Part shown: in pieces, positions 15,523-25,827 of the stretch
Layout of the letters: every line of letters starts with the position of its first letter
Numbering within the stretch: the first letter of the stretch is position 1
Virus record (IMG/VR): IMGVR_UViG_3300005662_000123
Span: 1 to 33,174 of that record
Reading direction: 5' to 3' (one strand)
Length of the DNA stretch: 33,174 nucleotides
Origin: a virus
Taxonomy: Duplodnaviria > Caudoviricetes
The notes under the pieces: generated by a model
Told to the model about the DNA's origin: nothing
What the model saw: the letters and a program-made list of their open reading frames with translations, nothing else
The model's database searches: none
Translations under genes and position numbers: made by a program

Positions 15523-18108
15523 TTAAAATGTCGCATTCATTATTCGATTCCTATCTAGTTCTTGTGCGGACGATACCTCACTCGCAACTACATATGCTTT
15601 CATCGGTTGCTGTTCCAATTGTGCTAATTGATTCCCGCCCGTCGCTCCAACTACATTAAAACTAGGTGCATTAATTCCACCGCCAGTTGCACCTCCCGAC
15701 CCGCTAGGACTAGAACTACCCCCCGAGCCACCGCCCTCAAATTGAGTATTTTTGATTTTAGCAATAGCTAATCCCGTCGCTACCAATGTTGTAGCTAAGG
15801 ACGCATACATAGCTATACCGCCATCGAATTTCGGATATTGTGCTAGAGTCGAAGTTACCGCCCTTGCTCCGTCAATTATCGCTCCCGCTATATCGGACGC
15901 TTTTTTGATTTTGAACGCCTTGCGTTGCTCCATTTCGATTTCCTTTTGTTTCTTTTTTTCAATTTGAGCGGTCAATTCAGCGTTGCCTTGTGCCGACGCT
16001 AATTGTTGTGCATATTTCTTATTGATTCGTATTTCGTCCGCACGAGCCTCTTCGTCTGCAATTTGCCCTATTTGATTAAATAACAAACTAGTTTGTTCTA
16101 GGATTTTATCTGTGCTCTTTTGGCGTATATCTGTTTTTTTATCCTCACTTTCCTGAACTGCGTCCTCTTCTTTTTTACGCCAATTTTTCTTAGCCTCTGC
16201 GATGTCACGCTCCATAGCCTCTTCGACTAGCTTTGTTAATTCAGCATTCCCCTCTGCAAGTTTAAATCGTTTCTCATAGCTATTGGTAATTTGGACGATT
16301 TCTTTAAATAACGAATTTTCTAGGATATCAATACTCATTTGGTATATATCCTCTTCTTTGGCAATCCTGTCTTCGTTTTCTTTGTCCCGATATTTTTGAT
16401 TGATTTTAAGCAACTCAAATGTCCTCTGAGCATTCAAGCTATTAATGTCGATTAGTTTATCGCTTGTAGCCTTTCCAATAGCCTCTGAGTCGGCATAATA
16501 TTTATCTGTTATCTTCGTTTTTTCGTCATTTGTTAATTGGGTGTTTGCGATATCCTTATCGTATTGAATTTTGAGGGCGTCAATTTTTTTGAATTCCTCG
16601 TCTACGATTTCACTATTGTAAATTTTGGACTCTTCAATCAAAGAAAAATATTTATCCCTAACGGCAGTCTTTTCTCGTTCCTCTTCGCTTAACCTAGATT
16701 GGTTAAATGCCTCGGAGTTATCCTCGATTCTTTTAAGCAAGTCCCCCCTTTGTTTTACTAATTCCTGATATGCTTTTTCTTCGTCGCTTAATCCCTTTAC
16801 GGCCTCTGTATTTGAATTTACAGAGCTTGTTGAATTTACAACCGTTGGAATATATTTACCCTGAATTTGATTTTGAAGTGCCCCGTTTGCACCTAATAAT
16901 GCGTCTACCGCCTTTTGATTATCAATAATAGCCTGTTCCGCTTTTTTTACTGATTCTCTTTGTTTATCCCTCATTTCAGTTAATTGGGATATATTCAAAA
17001 CATCTTGTCCTTGTAATTTTTTTTCAGTTTCTGCTAGATTGCTTTTTGCTAAATTTAGGGTAACGGTCAATTTGGTTTCTTGCTTCATTATTTCAAGAGC
17101 CTTTTCCTCGTTTACTTGTATCTGTAATTTTGCTTTGGAATAAGCGATATAGTCGGCAAGTGCGGCCGTCAATTGTTGTTGGAACGCAGTCTCGTCTTTT
17201 AGATTCTTTAATGTGGTACCATAGGTGGCATTGATTTGATTGATTAATCGTGCCCTTTCGCTAGACCCCGCATTCGAGTTTTTGATAGCGATTATTTGAC
17301 TTTTAAATGCAACGATATCCTTATACATCGCATCGGTATGCACCTCATATTTTTTTGCCTGTTCTGCTAATTCCTTACTTCTTTTTTCCTCTAATTTTTC
17401 TGCTTTACTTGATGAGTCCAAATAGGAATATAAGGCACTCCCTAGTGCAACTACGGCTCCTACAATAGCCAAAATAGGCAAGGCTTTCATAGCCGTTCCT
17501 AGTGCCGTTGTGGCAACTGTCGCTCCCTCAGTTGCTGTTGCCTGAACTCCTGTCGCTACCGCTTGGGCGTTGGTTGCTACGACATCCGCCTCTTTGGTTA
17601 AAACGTTTGCGGATTGCACCGCCTCTTGTGTCGCTTGGGCTGATGTTACCGCCTCTGTGGTTGTTAGATATTTTATTAAAGATTTATAGGAATCATTGAT
17701 AACTAATCCGAGTGCTTTCCATGTGTCCTTAGCCTCAAATAGTCCTTGGAGTCCTTGCGATAAATTCATGACCGCTTGTAGCCTTACCATAGATTCTTGT
17801 AGCTTATCGCTTTCAACTCCTAATAACGCCATACCGCCCTCGACTGCCTGAAATCCATTTAGGACTCCACTAACCGACCCGCTCAAAGCGGTAAATTTAG
17901 CGTCGGGATTAAAGGAATCCGATAGGGTTTTTAAGTCACCCATTTCGTCCCTTAATTCAGCTACAACTTTTGACGCCCTAACCGCCTCCTGAGAGGTCGC
18001 TCCAAATTGGTCCGCAACTCTTTGGAGTTCTAGATTAGCCTCTTTTAATCGTGCCCTTAATGACTTGACATTGTCCTTAACCTCTAATTCGACTACCTTT
18101 GTTTCCAT
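15523..18108 (-). CDS. Tail tape measure protein
   Basis: 861 aa, Ala-rich helical, hydrophobic segments, long coiled coil, C-terminal APSFNVVG...AYVV. Confidence 0.8.
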   Translation of the reverse strand: METKVVELEVKDNVKSLRARLKEANLELQRVADQFGATSQEAVRASKVVAELRDEMGDLKTLSDSFNPDAKFTALSGSVSGVLNGFQAVEGGMALLGVESDKLQESMVRLQAVMNLSQGLQGLFEAKDTWKALGLVINDSYKSLIKYLTTTEAVTSAQATQEAVQSANVLTKEADVVATNAQAVATGVQATATEGATVATTALGTAMKALPILAIVGAVVALGSALYSYLDSSSKAEKLEEKRSKELAEQAKKYEVHTDAMYKDIVAFKSQIIAIKNSNAGSSERARLINQINATYGTTLKNLKDETAFQQQLTAALADYIAYSKAKLQIQVNEEKALEIMKQETKLTVTLNLAKSNLAETEKKLQGQDVLNISQLTEMRDKQRESVKKAEQAIIDNQKAVDALLGANGALQNQIQGKYIPTVVNSTSSVNSNTEAVKGLSDEEKAYQELVKQRGDLLKRIEDNSEAFNQSRLSEEEREKTAVRDKYFSLIEESKIYNSEIVDEEFKKIDALKIQYDKDIANTQLTNDEKTKITDKYYADSEAIGKATSDKLIDINSLNAQRTFELLKINQKYRDKENEDRIAKEEDIYQMSIDILENSLFKEIVQITNSYEKRFKLAEGNAELTKLVEEAMERDIAEAKKNWRKKEEDAVQESEDKKTDIRQKSTDKILEQTSLLFNQIGQIADEEARADEIRINKKYAQQLASAQGNAELTAQIEKKKQKEIEMEQRKAFKIKKASDIAGAIIDGARAVTSTLAQYPKFDGGIAMYASLATTLVATGLAIAKIKNTQFEGGGSGGSSSPSGSGGATGGGINAPSFNVVGATGGNQLAQLEQQPMKAYVVASEVSSAQELDRNRIMNATF

Positions 18109-18262
18109 TTTTATATTTGTTGGCTTTTAGTTTTCTTTTGGATATATCTATTCCGTCTTTTAATGACTTAGGAATGCGATTTACCCCTTTGGCTATATCA
18201 ATATTCTCGGATACCCCATAGAAGTCATCTAATGCCAAAATATCAATCAATAATTTAATCAT
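18077..18262 (-). CDS. Small hypothetical tail-region protein
   Basis: 61 aa with SENIDIAKG; ATGA-coupled. Confidence 0.7.
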   Translation of the reverse strand: MIKLLIDILALDDFYGVSENIDIAKGVNRIPKSLKDGIDISKRKLKANKYKNGNKGSRIRG

Positions 18263-20499
18263 GGTTCCTGATATATTATGTACCTAATGTTGTCCGATAT
18301 TTGACTATCGTTATATGTATATTTAACCTTAATATAGAAATATGTTGGGTTAGGACTATTTGGATTTGAGGGAATGCAAATGGTCGCATATCCGTCGCTC
18401 GTAAATACATTTGGCGTTATGCTTACTGATAAATCCATGCAATAAACTTCCGCAGTCAAAACATTTGAGGGTAAATCTATAGGCACCTGAATACACCCGC
18501 CTGAATGTCCGATACTCCATGTTTTATTCGCTATTGGTTGCAAGTCATTTAGGAGTGCCATTTCCACCTCTCCCGTCACTATATTCGTTTTCAATTCATT
18601 TATTATGTAACGCTTATCCCTGATAATCAGGCGGTCATTTAATTTCAAATTGGTTATTAAAGAAACGGGAAAAACTGCTTTCAATCTGTTCATTCTGTTT
18701 TTTAAATCAAACAGATTCATGAGGTATTGAAAATATCCTAATCCATACAATCCATAGGTTATAACCGATAGCAAAAATGTGGATACTTCGGCACCCCAAT
18801 TTAATGACTCATCTCTTCCGTTGACATTGATATCCTGTCCGAAAACCATATATTTGGTAGCTATATCATTCGAGGGTCCTTTATCAAAATGAAAGTGGCA
18901 TGATTCGGATTTGGTCATGTATAGCAATATCGGTTTATTCTCATATGGTTGGTAGTTATTATTCAGGATATATCCCACTTGCAAATTAGTGCCTGAAAAT
19001 TTATTGAACATAAGATTCTCAAAGGGAACTTGAATGTTATAGTCTCCACCATCGTAACCAAAGTTATAGGATAAATCTCCATACTCTTTTAGGTTGTTTT
19101 CATAGTATTTACGATTCATAAAAGATTCCGATTTTTCATAGGTAAATTTCATGTTTCGATATAACTTGATTCGTTCGATTTGAGCCTCGCTAGAAATTAC
19201 ATGCTCGGTAACATCGACTATCGCTCCTTTACTATACCAATCCGATAGGGATTCCAAATAGTAAATTGTTCCGTCCTCGGAGTAGCATGTTAGGTTAAAC
19301 ATTTTCATTAATCCTGATAGGAAATCGGACACTTTCATATTTGGTAAATATTGTAAAATCCCAAAATTTCCTGTTATGGTTTGACCGAATCCTTGGGCGG
19401 TCATGACTGCATTTACTGGACCAAAATCGGGGTCATCAATATTTTGATTATATTGTAGCGTAGCGTCAAACGATAAAGTTCCATTTGCCCTGATTTTAAA
19501 ATAGATTTCCCTAGTCGCATATGCTTGTCCTAGGTCATAAAAAACTCCAAATCCCTGATTCCCTTGTCCCTGAATAGTATGCGAAATAACTCCATTGTTA
19601 TAGACATCAATCCAATATTTGACGCTTGTATTTGAGACATTCGATATATTCAGCAAAACAGAATGTCCCTCGATTCCATAAGGATATGTATAGGTCAAGG
19701 TATCGGTAGCTAAATTCATGCAATTCGTATTGTCAAACGCCTCTGTTGTGAAATTGATTATTTCCGTCGATGTAAAGAACTCAAACGCTTGCTTATTCTT
19801 ACAATATAGGAATAACTTTGAAAGTCGCTCTGAGGTCATAAAATTGCCCTCAAATTGAATCCCGTATCTATTTTCGATTTGCTGTAAAATTCTAAGAACT
19901 TTTAATGCGGGGAACAATTCAGTAAAATCAATCCTACCTGAATTTTGGTCAATATCCGTCCCTGATATCCCCGCTCCATAACTCCATAGTCGACTTGAAC
20001 TTATCAAAGGATATCGAATATCGTAGTCTGTTGTTTCATCGGTTATCCTATTGAATATTTCCTGTCCTGTATACGGGTGTATATAGTTTGACATATCTAG
20101 GTCGGTTAATTTATCCTCACCAAATTTGTCTTTCAGGGATACCATAAGTCCATAAAATGTTATGGTGTAATTCTCGATTTGGTTATCAGTTAGCTTTGAT
20201 TTTTCCAACTGAATTTTCCCATAACGAAAATGAGTCAAGTCGATTTCAATATAGGCGTTCCGTCTTTTGTTATGATTGATTTCCGAATTCAAATCGTTAT
20301 CGTAAAAATAACTGAAAATTTGGTTATTCCTTTGACTTGCGGGGACGGTAAATGATTGCGAAAAATCGGTATATATTTTTGCGATATCGTCAATATTTTG
20401 AGTGCTCATGCTTACCGAAATAGAATCCCCCTCAAATAATTCTATCTGTTCATAAGTCCCGTCGGGAATCTCAATAAAGATTTGTACTCGTCTATCCAT
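18259..20499 (-). CDS. Tail tip/hub-like structural protein
   Basis: TDFSQSFTVPAS N-terminus, KMFNLT, LKLNDRLII; tail module. Confidence 0.65.
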   Translation of the reverse strand: MDRRVQIFIEIPDGTYEQIELFEGDSISVSMSTQNIDDIAKIYTDFSQSFTVPASQRNNQIFSYFYDNDLNSEINHNKRRNAYIEIDLTHFRYGKIQLEKSKLTDNQIENYTITFYGLMVSLKDKFGEDKLTDLDMSNYIHPYTGQEIFNRITDETTDYDIRYPLISSSRLWSYGAGISGTDIDQNSGRIDFTELFPALKVLRILQQIENRYGIQFEGNFMTSERLSKLFLYCKNKQAFEFFTSTEIINFTTEAFDNTNCMNLATDTLTYTYPYGIEGHSVLLNISNVSNTSVKYWIDVYNNGVISHTIQGQGNQGFGVFYDLGQAYATREIYFKIRANGTLSFDATLQYNQNIDDPDFGPVNAVMTAQGFGQTITGNFGILQYLPNMKVSDFLSGLMKMFNLTCYSEDGTIYYLESLSDWYSKGAIVDVTEHVISSEAQIERIKLYRNMKFTYEKSESFMNRKYYENNLKEYGDLSYNFGYDGGDYNIQVPFENLMFNKFSGTNLQVGYILNNNYQPYENKPILLYMTKSESCHFHFDKGPSNDIATKYMVFGQDINVNGRDESLNWGAEVSTFLLSVITYGLYGLGYFQYLMNLFDLKNRMNRLKAVFPVSLITNLKLNDRLIIRDKRYIINELKTNIVTGEVEMALLNDLQPIANKTWSIGHSGGCIQVPIDLPSNVLTAEVYCMDLSVSITPNVFTSDGYATICIPSNPNSPNPTYFYIKVKYTYNDSQISDNIRYIIYQEP

Positions 20500-22502
20500 T
20501 ACACATTATAATTAAGAATATCGTATGCGGTCTCGAATTCTAATTGATAGTTAATCGTCTTATTATTTATGTTGTTGAATTTATCAAAGGATTCTGTAAT
20601 TACCTTATGTGGCTTGTTATTGATATATATCCTTTCACTCAATAAAATCTGTGTAACTATATCCCCAAAGGATTCATTTACCCAACCCGTATTTACCTTA
20701 ATTCTTTGGATTCCATTGATATTAAAATGTTTCTTCGTAGGCAAATTTGTGTCATATGGTGGGAACGGATTTTGATTCAGGAAAGCATACTCCTTTCGTT
20801 GAGTAGATATTGATTCCGAGTGAGCCTTAAAGAAAAACTCCCTTTGCCACGCTCCATACCTATTTACAAAATCAATAGGGATAACTTGATATTTGCATTC
20901 ATTAACGGGAACAAATTTTGCACTCCAAATCAATGCTGAATCTTTGTAAATATTGACTATATTTCCCTCTTCAAAATTATCCTGAATAACGCTAACCGCA
21001 TTGTAAATCTCATCAAAGGCTAATGATATCATTGTGCTAGTAGCGGTAACCAAATTCACATATTCAATTTCATAATATAGTCCCGTTTCGATTTTAATTG
21101 TAGTAGGAAAATATGCGTCTAGATTTCCGACTGCTATCGCTACCAAATTGCTATGGTAGGCATATGTTCCCTCGTCTAAATGTATCGCTCCTAAATCAGG
21201 GTTATATCCTGTTTCAAAATATCCATACCCCTCGTATGCGTAATAATCCCTGAAATCTAAAACGGCATTGTCGACATATCTAACCGCTCTTACATGGCAC
21301 CATTGGTCGATTGCACTTGAATCCTGATTATCCCACAAATGTTGAATCGTGTTTTTGATATATTCTAGGATATAAGGGGATATGTTGTATATCGTTCTTG
21401 TTTGATTTGTAGCGGGAACTTTTTTGCTTAAAACATATTGCGGGGAACTAGGGATATCCTGATATTCCCCACGCCAAATATATAGGTCGACTCTAGTGTC
21501 GCTTGACCCCGCTATATCAATCTCGATTAAATATGGTGACCTAGCAAAGATTCTATTATCCTTACAATCGACTGGTTTTGAACTGAACATGGAATCCTGA
21601 TTCCAACCATCCGCAATTTCCCAACCCTTGCCCGTTGGACATAATGAATCCCCCCGCCAAATAGCAAAGGGAACTCCATTCCTACTAGCGATATATGTAT
21701 ATTCCCCACCTAATAATTGTCCTAATTGAATAATCCAATTGCTGTTATCAATAGTATCAGTCCACTCCCAATACCAATTCCCGCTAGGGTCTAATTTCCT
21801 TTCAACATTATAACAATGAATATCCTTAATATCCTCGGGTACCTCAATGAATCCCAAGTCATGACATACCTGAATACATGGACACTTTAAGCAATCAATT
21901 TCATAGCTATTAGTGTCGTATATTGGATTAGTATTCCATATGTAATCCTCTGTGGAAATAGGACATGGACTATCGATATTCAGCAAATCATAAGGATTTC
22001 CGTTTATGGTTAATACCCATTTTCCCCCGTCCCAAAATAATATATAGATATTACTCATGATTTGTTTTTGATATTTTGGCTTACCATTTTGGATTCCGAT
22101 TTTCCAAAACTGAATAGTGCCTATATCCGAATTCGTATATTCAATGGTGCAGTTACAACTTTCCTCGATTGATTCAGGACATTCAATTACTTCTAGACTA
22201 AATGAATTAAATAGATTCTCGATAGGTTGGTTAAAGGCACCAAAATTTGAATCTAGACATTCCCTAGGAGTATCAAACCATTCCCAAAATGCAACCCAAT
22301 CCCCGCTAGGACCCATTGTTGTCAAATGCCAATATGTTCCGTATGGTGCAATATTTGTATATTGGATTGAATAATCCACACCCCCTAGGGTAAATAAATA
22401 AATTGGAGTTCCGTCTAGATTATATGCGGACGGGATAATATCGATTGAATACGGATTGTTTTCAATATCAACCGCCTCCAAATGCAAACAACATCGATTC
22501 AT
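20499..22502 (-). CDS. Tail structural protein with Cys/Trp-rich N-terminal extension
   Basis: C-half ARSPY...FVNRYGAWQ...VNTGWV...LLSE; N-half repetitive. Confidence 0.6.
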   Translation of the reverse strand: MNRCCLHLEAVDIENNPYSIDIIPSAYNLDGTPIYLFTLGGVDYSIQYTNIAPYGTYWHLTTMGPSGDWVAFWEWFDTPRECLDSNFGAFNQPIENLFNSFSLEVIECPESIEESCNCTIEYTNSDIGTIQFWKIGIQNGKPKYQKQIMSNIYILFWDGGKWVLTINGNPYDLLNIDSPCPISTEDYIWNTNPIYDTNSYEIDCLKCPCIQVCHDLGFIEVPEDIKDIHCYNVERKLDPSGNWYWEWTDTIDNSNWIIQLGQLLGGEYTYIASRNGVPFAIWRGDSLCPTGKGWEIADGWNQDSMFSSKPVDCKDNRIFARSPYLIEIDIAGSSDTRVDLYIWRGEYQDIPSSPQYVLSKKVPATNQTRTIYNISPYILEYIKNTIQHLWDNQDSSAIDQWCHVRAVRYVDNAVLDFRDYYAYEGYGYFETGYNPDLGAIHLDEGTYAYHSNLVAIAVGNLDAYFPTTIKIETGLYYEIEYVNLVTATSTMISLAFDEIYNAVSVIQDNFEEGNIVNIYKDSALIWSAKFVPVNECKYQVIPIDFVNRYGAWQREFFFKAHSESISTQRKEYAFLNQNPFPPYDTNLPTKKHFNINGIQRIKVNTGWVNESFGDIVTQILLSERIYINNKPHKVITESFDKFNNINNKTINYQLEFETAYDILNYNV

Positions 22503-23056
22503 TTTTTTGGGTCTTTTATTTCTTTTGTAAATACTATTCCTATATCGTTTTTGAATCCGTCGGCTAACTCATTCGGTAGCTTTTTAAGATTCTTATTTAA
22601 TGCCTGAGTGAAAAAATTACTAGGGGATATTCCCTGAAAATAGATTGACTTCGACATCGCAAATTTGAGGGATTCTCTGCTAGTAAATTGTCCTGTGCCT
22701 GTTCGAGGTGCAATCCCCTTTCTAACTATCCACTTATCGAGTGCTTTCCTTAGACTACCTTTCCCGCTACCGCTACCAAATGCAAAAGGGGACATAGGTG
22801 CCTTTTGGAATCCCCCTTTGATTTTTGAGGGGTCTTTACCCCTAACCCCTTTATCCACAAAATCCCCGTAGGGTGCCATGATAAATTGGGTAGTCATTTT
22901 TCCGTCTTTTGTAATTATCTCGTACGAGAGCGATTCTGATAACTTGCCCGAGGTATTTTTCCTTTTTGATTTTAAATTACGCCTAGCGTCAGCTATTACC
23001 CTTACGGAGAATTTCTTTAACTCTTTTTGAGTCCCCTTTAAATCATTCCCTAGCAT
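22499..23056 (-). CDS. Basic neck/tail-completion-like protein
   Basis: SGKLSESL, YGDFVDKGV, SIYFQGISP. Confidence 0.55.
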   Translation of the reverse strand: MLGNDLKGTQKELKKFSVRVIADARRNLKSKRKNTSGKLSESLSYEIITKDGKMTTQFIMAPYGDFVDKGVRGKDPSKIKGGFQKAPMSPFAFGSGSGKGSLRKALDKWIVRKGIAPRTGTGQFTSRESLKFAMSKSIYFQGISPSNFFTQALNKNLKKLPNELADGFKNDIGIVFTKEIKDPKK

Positions 23057-23526
23057 GCGTAAAATTCGTTAGGGACATAAATACTAAATTGGACTGAAAA
23101 CCCCGCAAGTCCATTCTCGAATCTGTCGACAAATGGTTCCATTACCATTTCCGAGCCGTCCACTAAATACAAATCGTAGTCAAAAATTTGGCTGTTCAAT
23201 TGATTCCTAAAACTCATTAATACGATATACAATTTATTCAGGATATCAATAGCGTTATCGTTCCCCGCAAACGATAGATTTGGAGTTCCAAATTCGTCTT
23301 TGCTCTCGTCCAATATGTCCATAGCAAACAACACAAAATCGAATCTAACGACTTGGTCTTCGGGAATAACCTTGACTATGTTATAATGAATCAGGGGAAA
23401 CAAATTCTGTTTATCGATATCGATTGTGCTTATGTCTCCATAGGTTATTTTAGAAACCATTTGGTCGGTGGCAAAATAATTCTTTATCTTTTCGACTACT
23501 TGGTAATATGTGCTATATGAATTCAT
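23050..23526 (-). CDS. Putative tail terminator/completion protein
   Basis: 158 aa, FPLIH...AMDI...EPFVDRFENGLAG; position in tail module. Confidence 0.55.
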   Translation of the reverse strand: MNSYSTYYQVVEKIKNYFATDQMVSKITYGDISTIDIDKQNLFPLIHYNIVKVIPEDQVVRFDFVLFAMDILDESKDEFGTPNLSFAGNDNAIDILNKLYIVLMSFRNQLNSQIFDYDLYLVDGSEMVMEPFVDRFENGLAGFSVQFSIYVPNEFYAC

Positions 23527-23527
23527 T

Positions 23528-23809
23528 TTATCTGTTTAATCTTTGTTGCTTTTTAATCCGATTATATTCAATTCTGTCCCGCTCGATTTCATAACTTAGG
23601 AATGTCAAAACTCGAAAGAGAGGTGTGGACGTTGCCTCATCGAACTTTCCAAGGTCTCCCTTAGCAACTCGATAGATTGAGTTATACCACCCCCATTTTT
23701 TGCTAAATTGAGTCTCTTCGCTAAAGTCATTGGTAACCCCTTCTTCGTTTTCATCAGGGTCTCCAAATAGGATAGGAAAACGGGATACAACTCGTTTTCT
23801 AAATTCCAA
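23528..23809 (-). CDS. -1 frame extension of the 24300 gene (G-T-like frameshift product)
   Basis: ORF begins at a T9 run, in the -1 frame; FSKKWGWYNSIY motif. Confidence 0.75.
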   Translation of the reverse strand: MEFRKRVVSRFPILFGDPDENEEGVTNDFSEETQFSKKWGWYNSIYRVAKGDLGKFDEATSTPLFRVLTFLSYEIERDRIEYNRIKKQQRLNR

Positions 23810-24300
23810 AAAAAAAGCGATGAACTCAATACTGCGTCCAACGGGGCATATCTCATTATTTCTGCGAACTCCTCTGTTCCCTTATATTCCATGATTTCGT
23901 AGCTATCTTTAATCTTAGTCGTTATAGGTCGATACATAACCGCCATGGCACGATGATAGCTTGACCATTCTTGTAGGTGTTTTTCCAAGTCAATGTATTC
24001 CGCCCAACTCATGTTTTCTAGATTTGGGATAAATCCAAACTCGATATCCCTGATTTTGAATGTCTTAATGAAACTAGGATTTTCAGTGAATACCTGATTT
24101 AAGGTTTGAATCATGGACATGATATCTCGTGCCTTAATCCTAACTGCGTCTTTCAATCGTATCCCGCAAAATATCTCAATCGTTTTATGTGAAATAAATT
24201 CCTCGTCATTCGATTTTTCACACAATTCTTTGAAGTCCTGATAATGTTTAAGAGGGATTTCACTCAATTTTGTAGGTGCCTTTAATTCTAGAGTTGCCAT
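23605..24300 (-). CDS. Putative tail assembly chaperone (0-frame product)
   Basis: FGFIPNL...EYIDL...AMAVMYRP; slippery CTT TTT TTT TGG. Confidence 0.65.
   Translation of the reverse strand: MATLELKAPTKLSEIPLKHYQDFKELCEKSNDEEFISHKTIEIFCGIRLKDAVRIKARDIMSMIQTLNQVFTENPSFIKTFKIRDIEFGFIPNLENMSWAEYIDLEKHLQEWSSYHRAMAVMYRPITTKIKDSYEIMEYKGTEEFAEIMRYAPLDAVLSSSLFFWNLENELYPVFLSYLETLMKTKKGLPMTLAKRLNLAKNGGGITQSIELLRETLESSMRQRPHLSFEF
23808..23816 (-). other. Slippery T9 run, candidate -1 frameshift site
   Basis: U UUU UUU heptamer joins two long overlapping frames. Confidence 0.75.
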
Positions 24301-24305
24301 ACTAA

Positions 24306-24332
24306 TATAACTTGATTTTGATAATTTGTAAT
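24306..24332 (-). promoter_or_regulatory. Putative late promoter L4
   Basis: ATTACA-N15-GTTATA, ATG 5 nt downstream. Confidence 0.65.
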
Positions 24333-25478
24333 TTACTTGATATAGTATTTACCCCGATGTGGATTCGATACCGCCTTTGAAACGAAATATCGGATTGCAT
24401 CAATGGTATGGTTATACTTATCGATAGGGATACTTTTATTGGTTTTATCGAGCCACGAATAATTATTGAATTCTTTGATTATGTGACGACTTTTAGGTTC
24501 GATAATGATTTTATATTCGCTCATAAGAGAAAGTCCCGCAGTCACGCTCCCTTGCCCTTTATCGCACTCTACAATATTCAATCCCCTTTGCATAAGTTCG
24601 GAAATCAGTCTAGGTTCTGCTGAATCCCCGACTATCAATTCCCTACCCGCAAATTTAAGATTCAATTCATATAACTGAGCGGTGTTCAATCCTATCTCGT
24701 AAAAACATTCCCTTACATATATTTCTTTCGTCTTTGAATCAATCGAGCATTGTATCAATGTCGACGGGTCTTGCGAGAATCCAAAATCTTGTCCGAAACC
24801 CATTAATGAAGTTTCCCTGAAATCCCCTATTGTATAGTTGCTAAATACCGCCCCCGTTGGTTGTGCCCTTTCCCCCGTCCCGTACACTTTCCACCAATAA
24901 GGATTATCGATTTTACTTTCGATATCGTCGACTTGAGCCTTGGTCAAAAAAGGATTATCCTTATATGTAGTTATGAGTGGCGGGTATTTATCTATGTATT
25001 TATCCAACCAATGTTCCTGTGGCAAAGCGGGATTATAGTCGGCTATTATCTTGTATCTTGTTCGGGGAAACAATTGGTCGATAGTTTCTTCGGGAAATTG
25101 GTGTGCCTCGTTTATCCACAGAATATCCCTAGAACGCCCATGTATTTTATCGGGATTGTCGGCACCATAATAACTGATATTATTCCCAAATAAATTATAG
25201 ATATGTTCCGTCTTATTGTGTAGGTCATCTCGATATAACCCCATGGTCAAAAGGATATCTTTCATATCTTTCCATGCAGTCGATTTTAAGGCCGTATAGG
25301 TATCCCTACAAACGTCAATTTCAAGACCTGCATTTTGGTGGCTTTTGCATAACCAAATCAAATAATAAACTAAGGCATATGTTTTACCCGAGCGGGTCCC
25401 GCCTTGCAATAAAGTAACCCTTTGCTTTGGGACTGATTTTTTAAGAAACAAGAAATTAGGATTCGCTTTACTCTTCAT
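24333..25478 (-). CDS. terL: Terminase large subunit (PBSX-like)
   Basis: QGGTRSGKT, LWINEA, DYNP, GQDFGFSQDP, DSAEP, NHTIDAIRY. Confidence 0.93.
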   Translation of the reverse strand: MKSKANPNFLFLKKSVPKQRVTLLQGGTRSGKTYALVYYLIWLCKSHQNAGLEIDVCRDTYTALKSTAWKDMKDILLTMGLYRDDLHNKTEHIYNLFGNNISYYGADNPDKIHGRSRDILWINEAHQFPEETIDQLFPRTRYKIIADYNPALPQEHWLDKYIDKYPPLITTYKDNPFLTKAQVDDIESKIDNPYWWKVYGTGERAQPTGAVFSNYTIGDFRETSLMGFGQDFGFSQDPSTLIQCSIDSKTKEIYVRECFYEIGLNTAQLYELNLKFAGRELIVGDSAEPRLISELMQRGLNIVECDKGQGSVTAGLSLMSEYKIIIEPKSRHIIKEFNNYSWLDKTNKSIPIDKYNHTIDAIRYFVSKAVSNPHRGKYYIK

Positions 25479-25827
25479 CGTCTAACCATTCAGGGAATGT
25501 ATTTGGATTGTATTGTATGCTAGATTCTGTCCTTTCAATATAGCCTCGATTTTTCCCTTTCGTCTTTAAATAGAAAATAGTCGACGATACATTTCCCTCT
25601 TTGATTTGCTTATGTAACTGCGACTCCGCAAAATCAATAGCCACTTCCGATATGTCATCGACTTGCTCTTTGAATTCAGGGTCTTTCAAATAATCGTAAT
25701 ATGCCCGTCTAGATATGCCTACCATTTTGCACGCTGAGGTAACCACTCCTAGCGTTTTCTCCAATGCCTCTAATAAGGCTTTTTTATTGTGTAAAGTTTT
25801 GTGCAGTTCGCTCTTTTTATTTTCCAT
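25468..25827 (-). CDS. terS: Terminase small subunit
   Basis: HTH N-terminus, IDFAESQL, IFYLKTKGKNRGY; overlaps terL. Confidence 0.75.
   Translation of the reverse strand: MENKKSELHKTLHNKKALLEALEKTLGVVTSACKMVGISRRAYYDYLKDPEFKEQVDDISEVAIDFAESQLHKQIKEGNVSSTIFYLKTKGKNRGYIERTESSIQYNPNTFPEWLDDEE

Noticed and set aside
14358-21709. Nested alternative ORFs 14358-14585, 17502-17699 and 21527-21709
   Set aside because: They overlap well-supported genes and have no motif or initiation context
18259-22502. Diversity-generating retroelement acting on tail genes
   Set aside because: No reverse transcriptase and no TR/VR repeat pair seen
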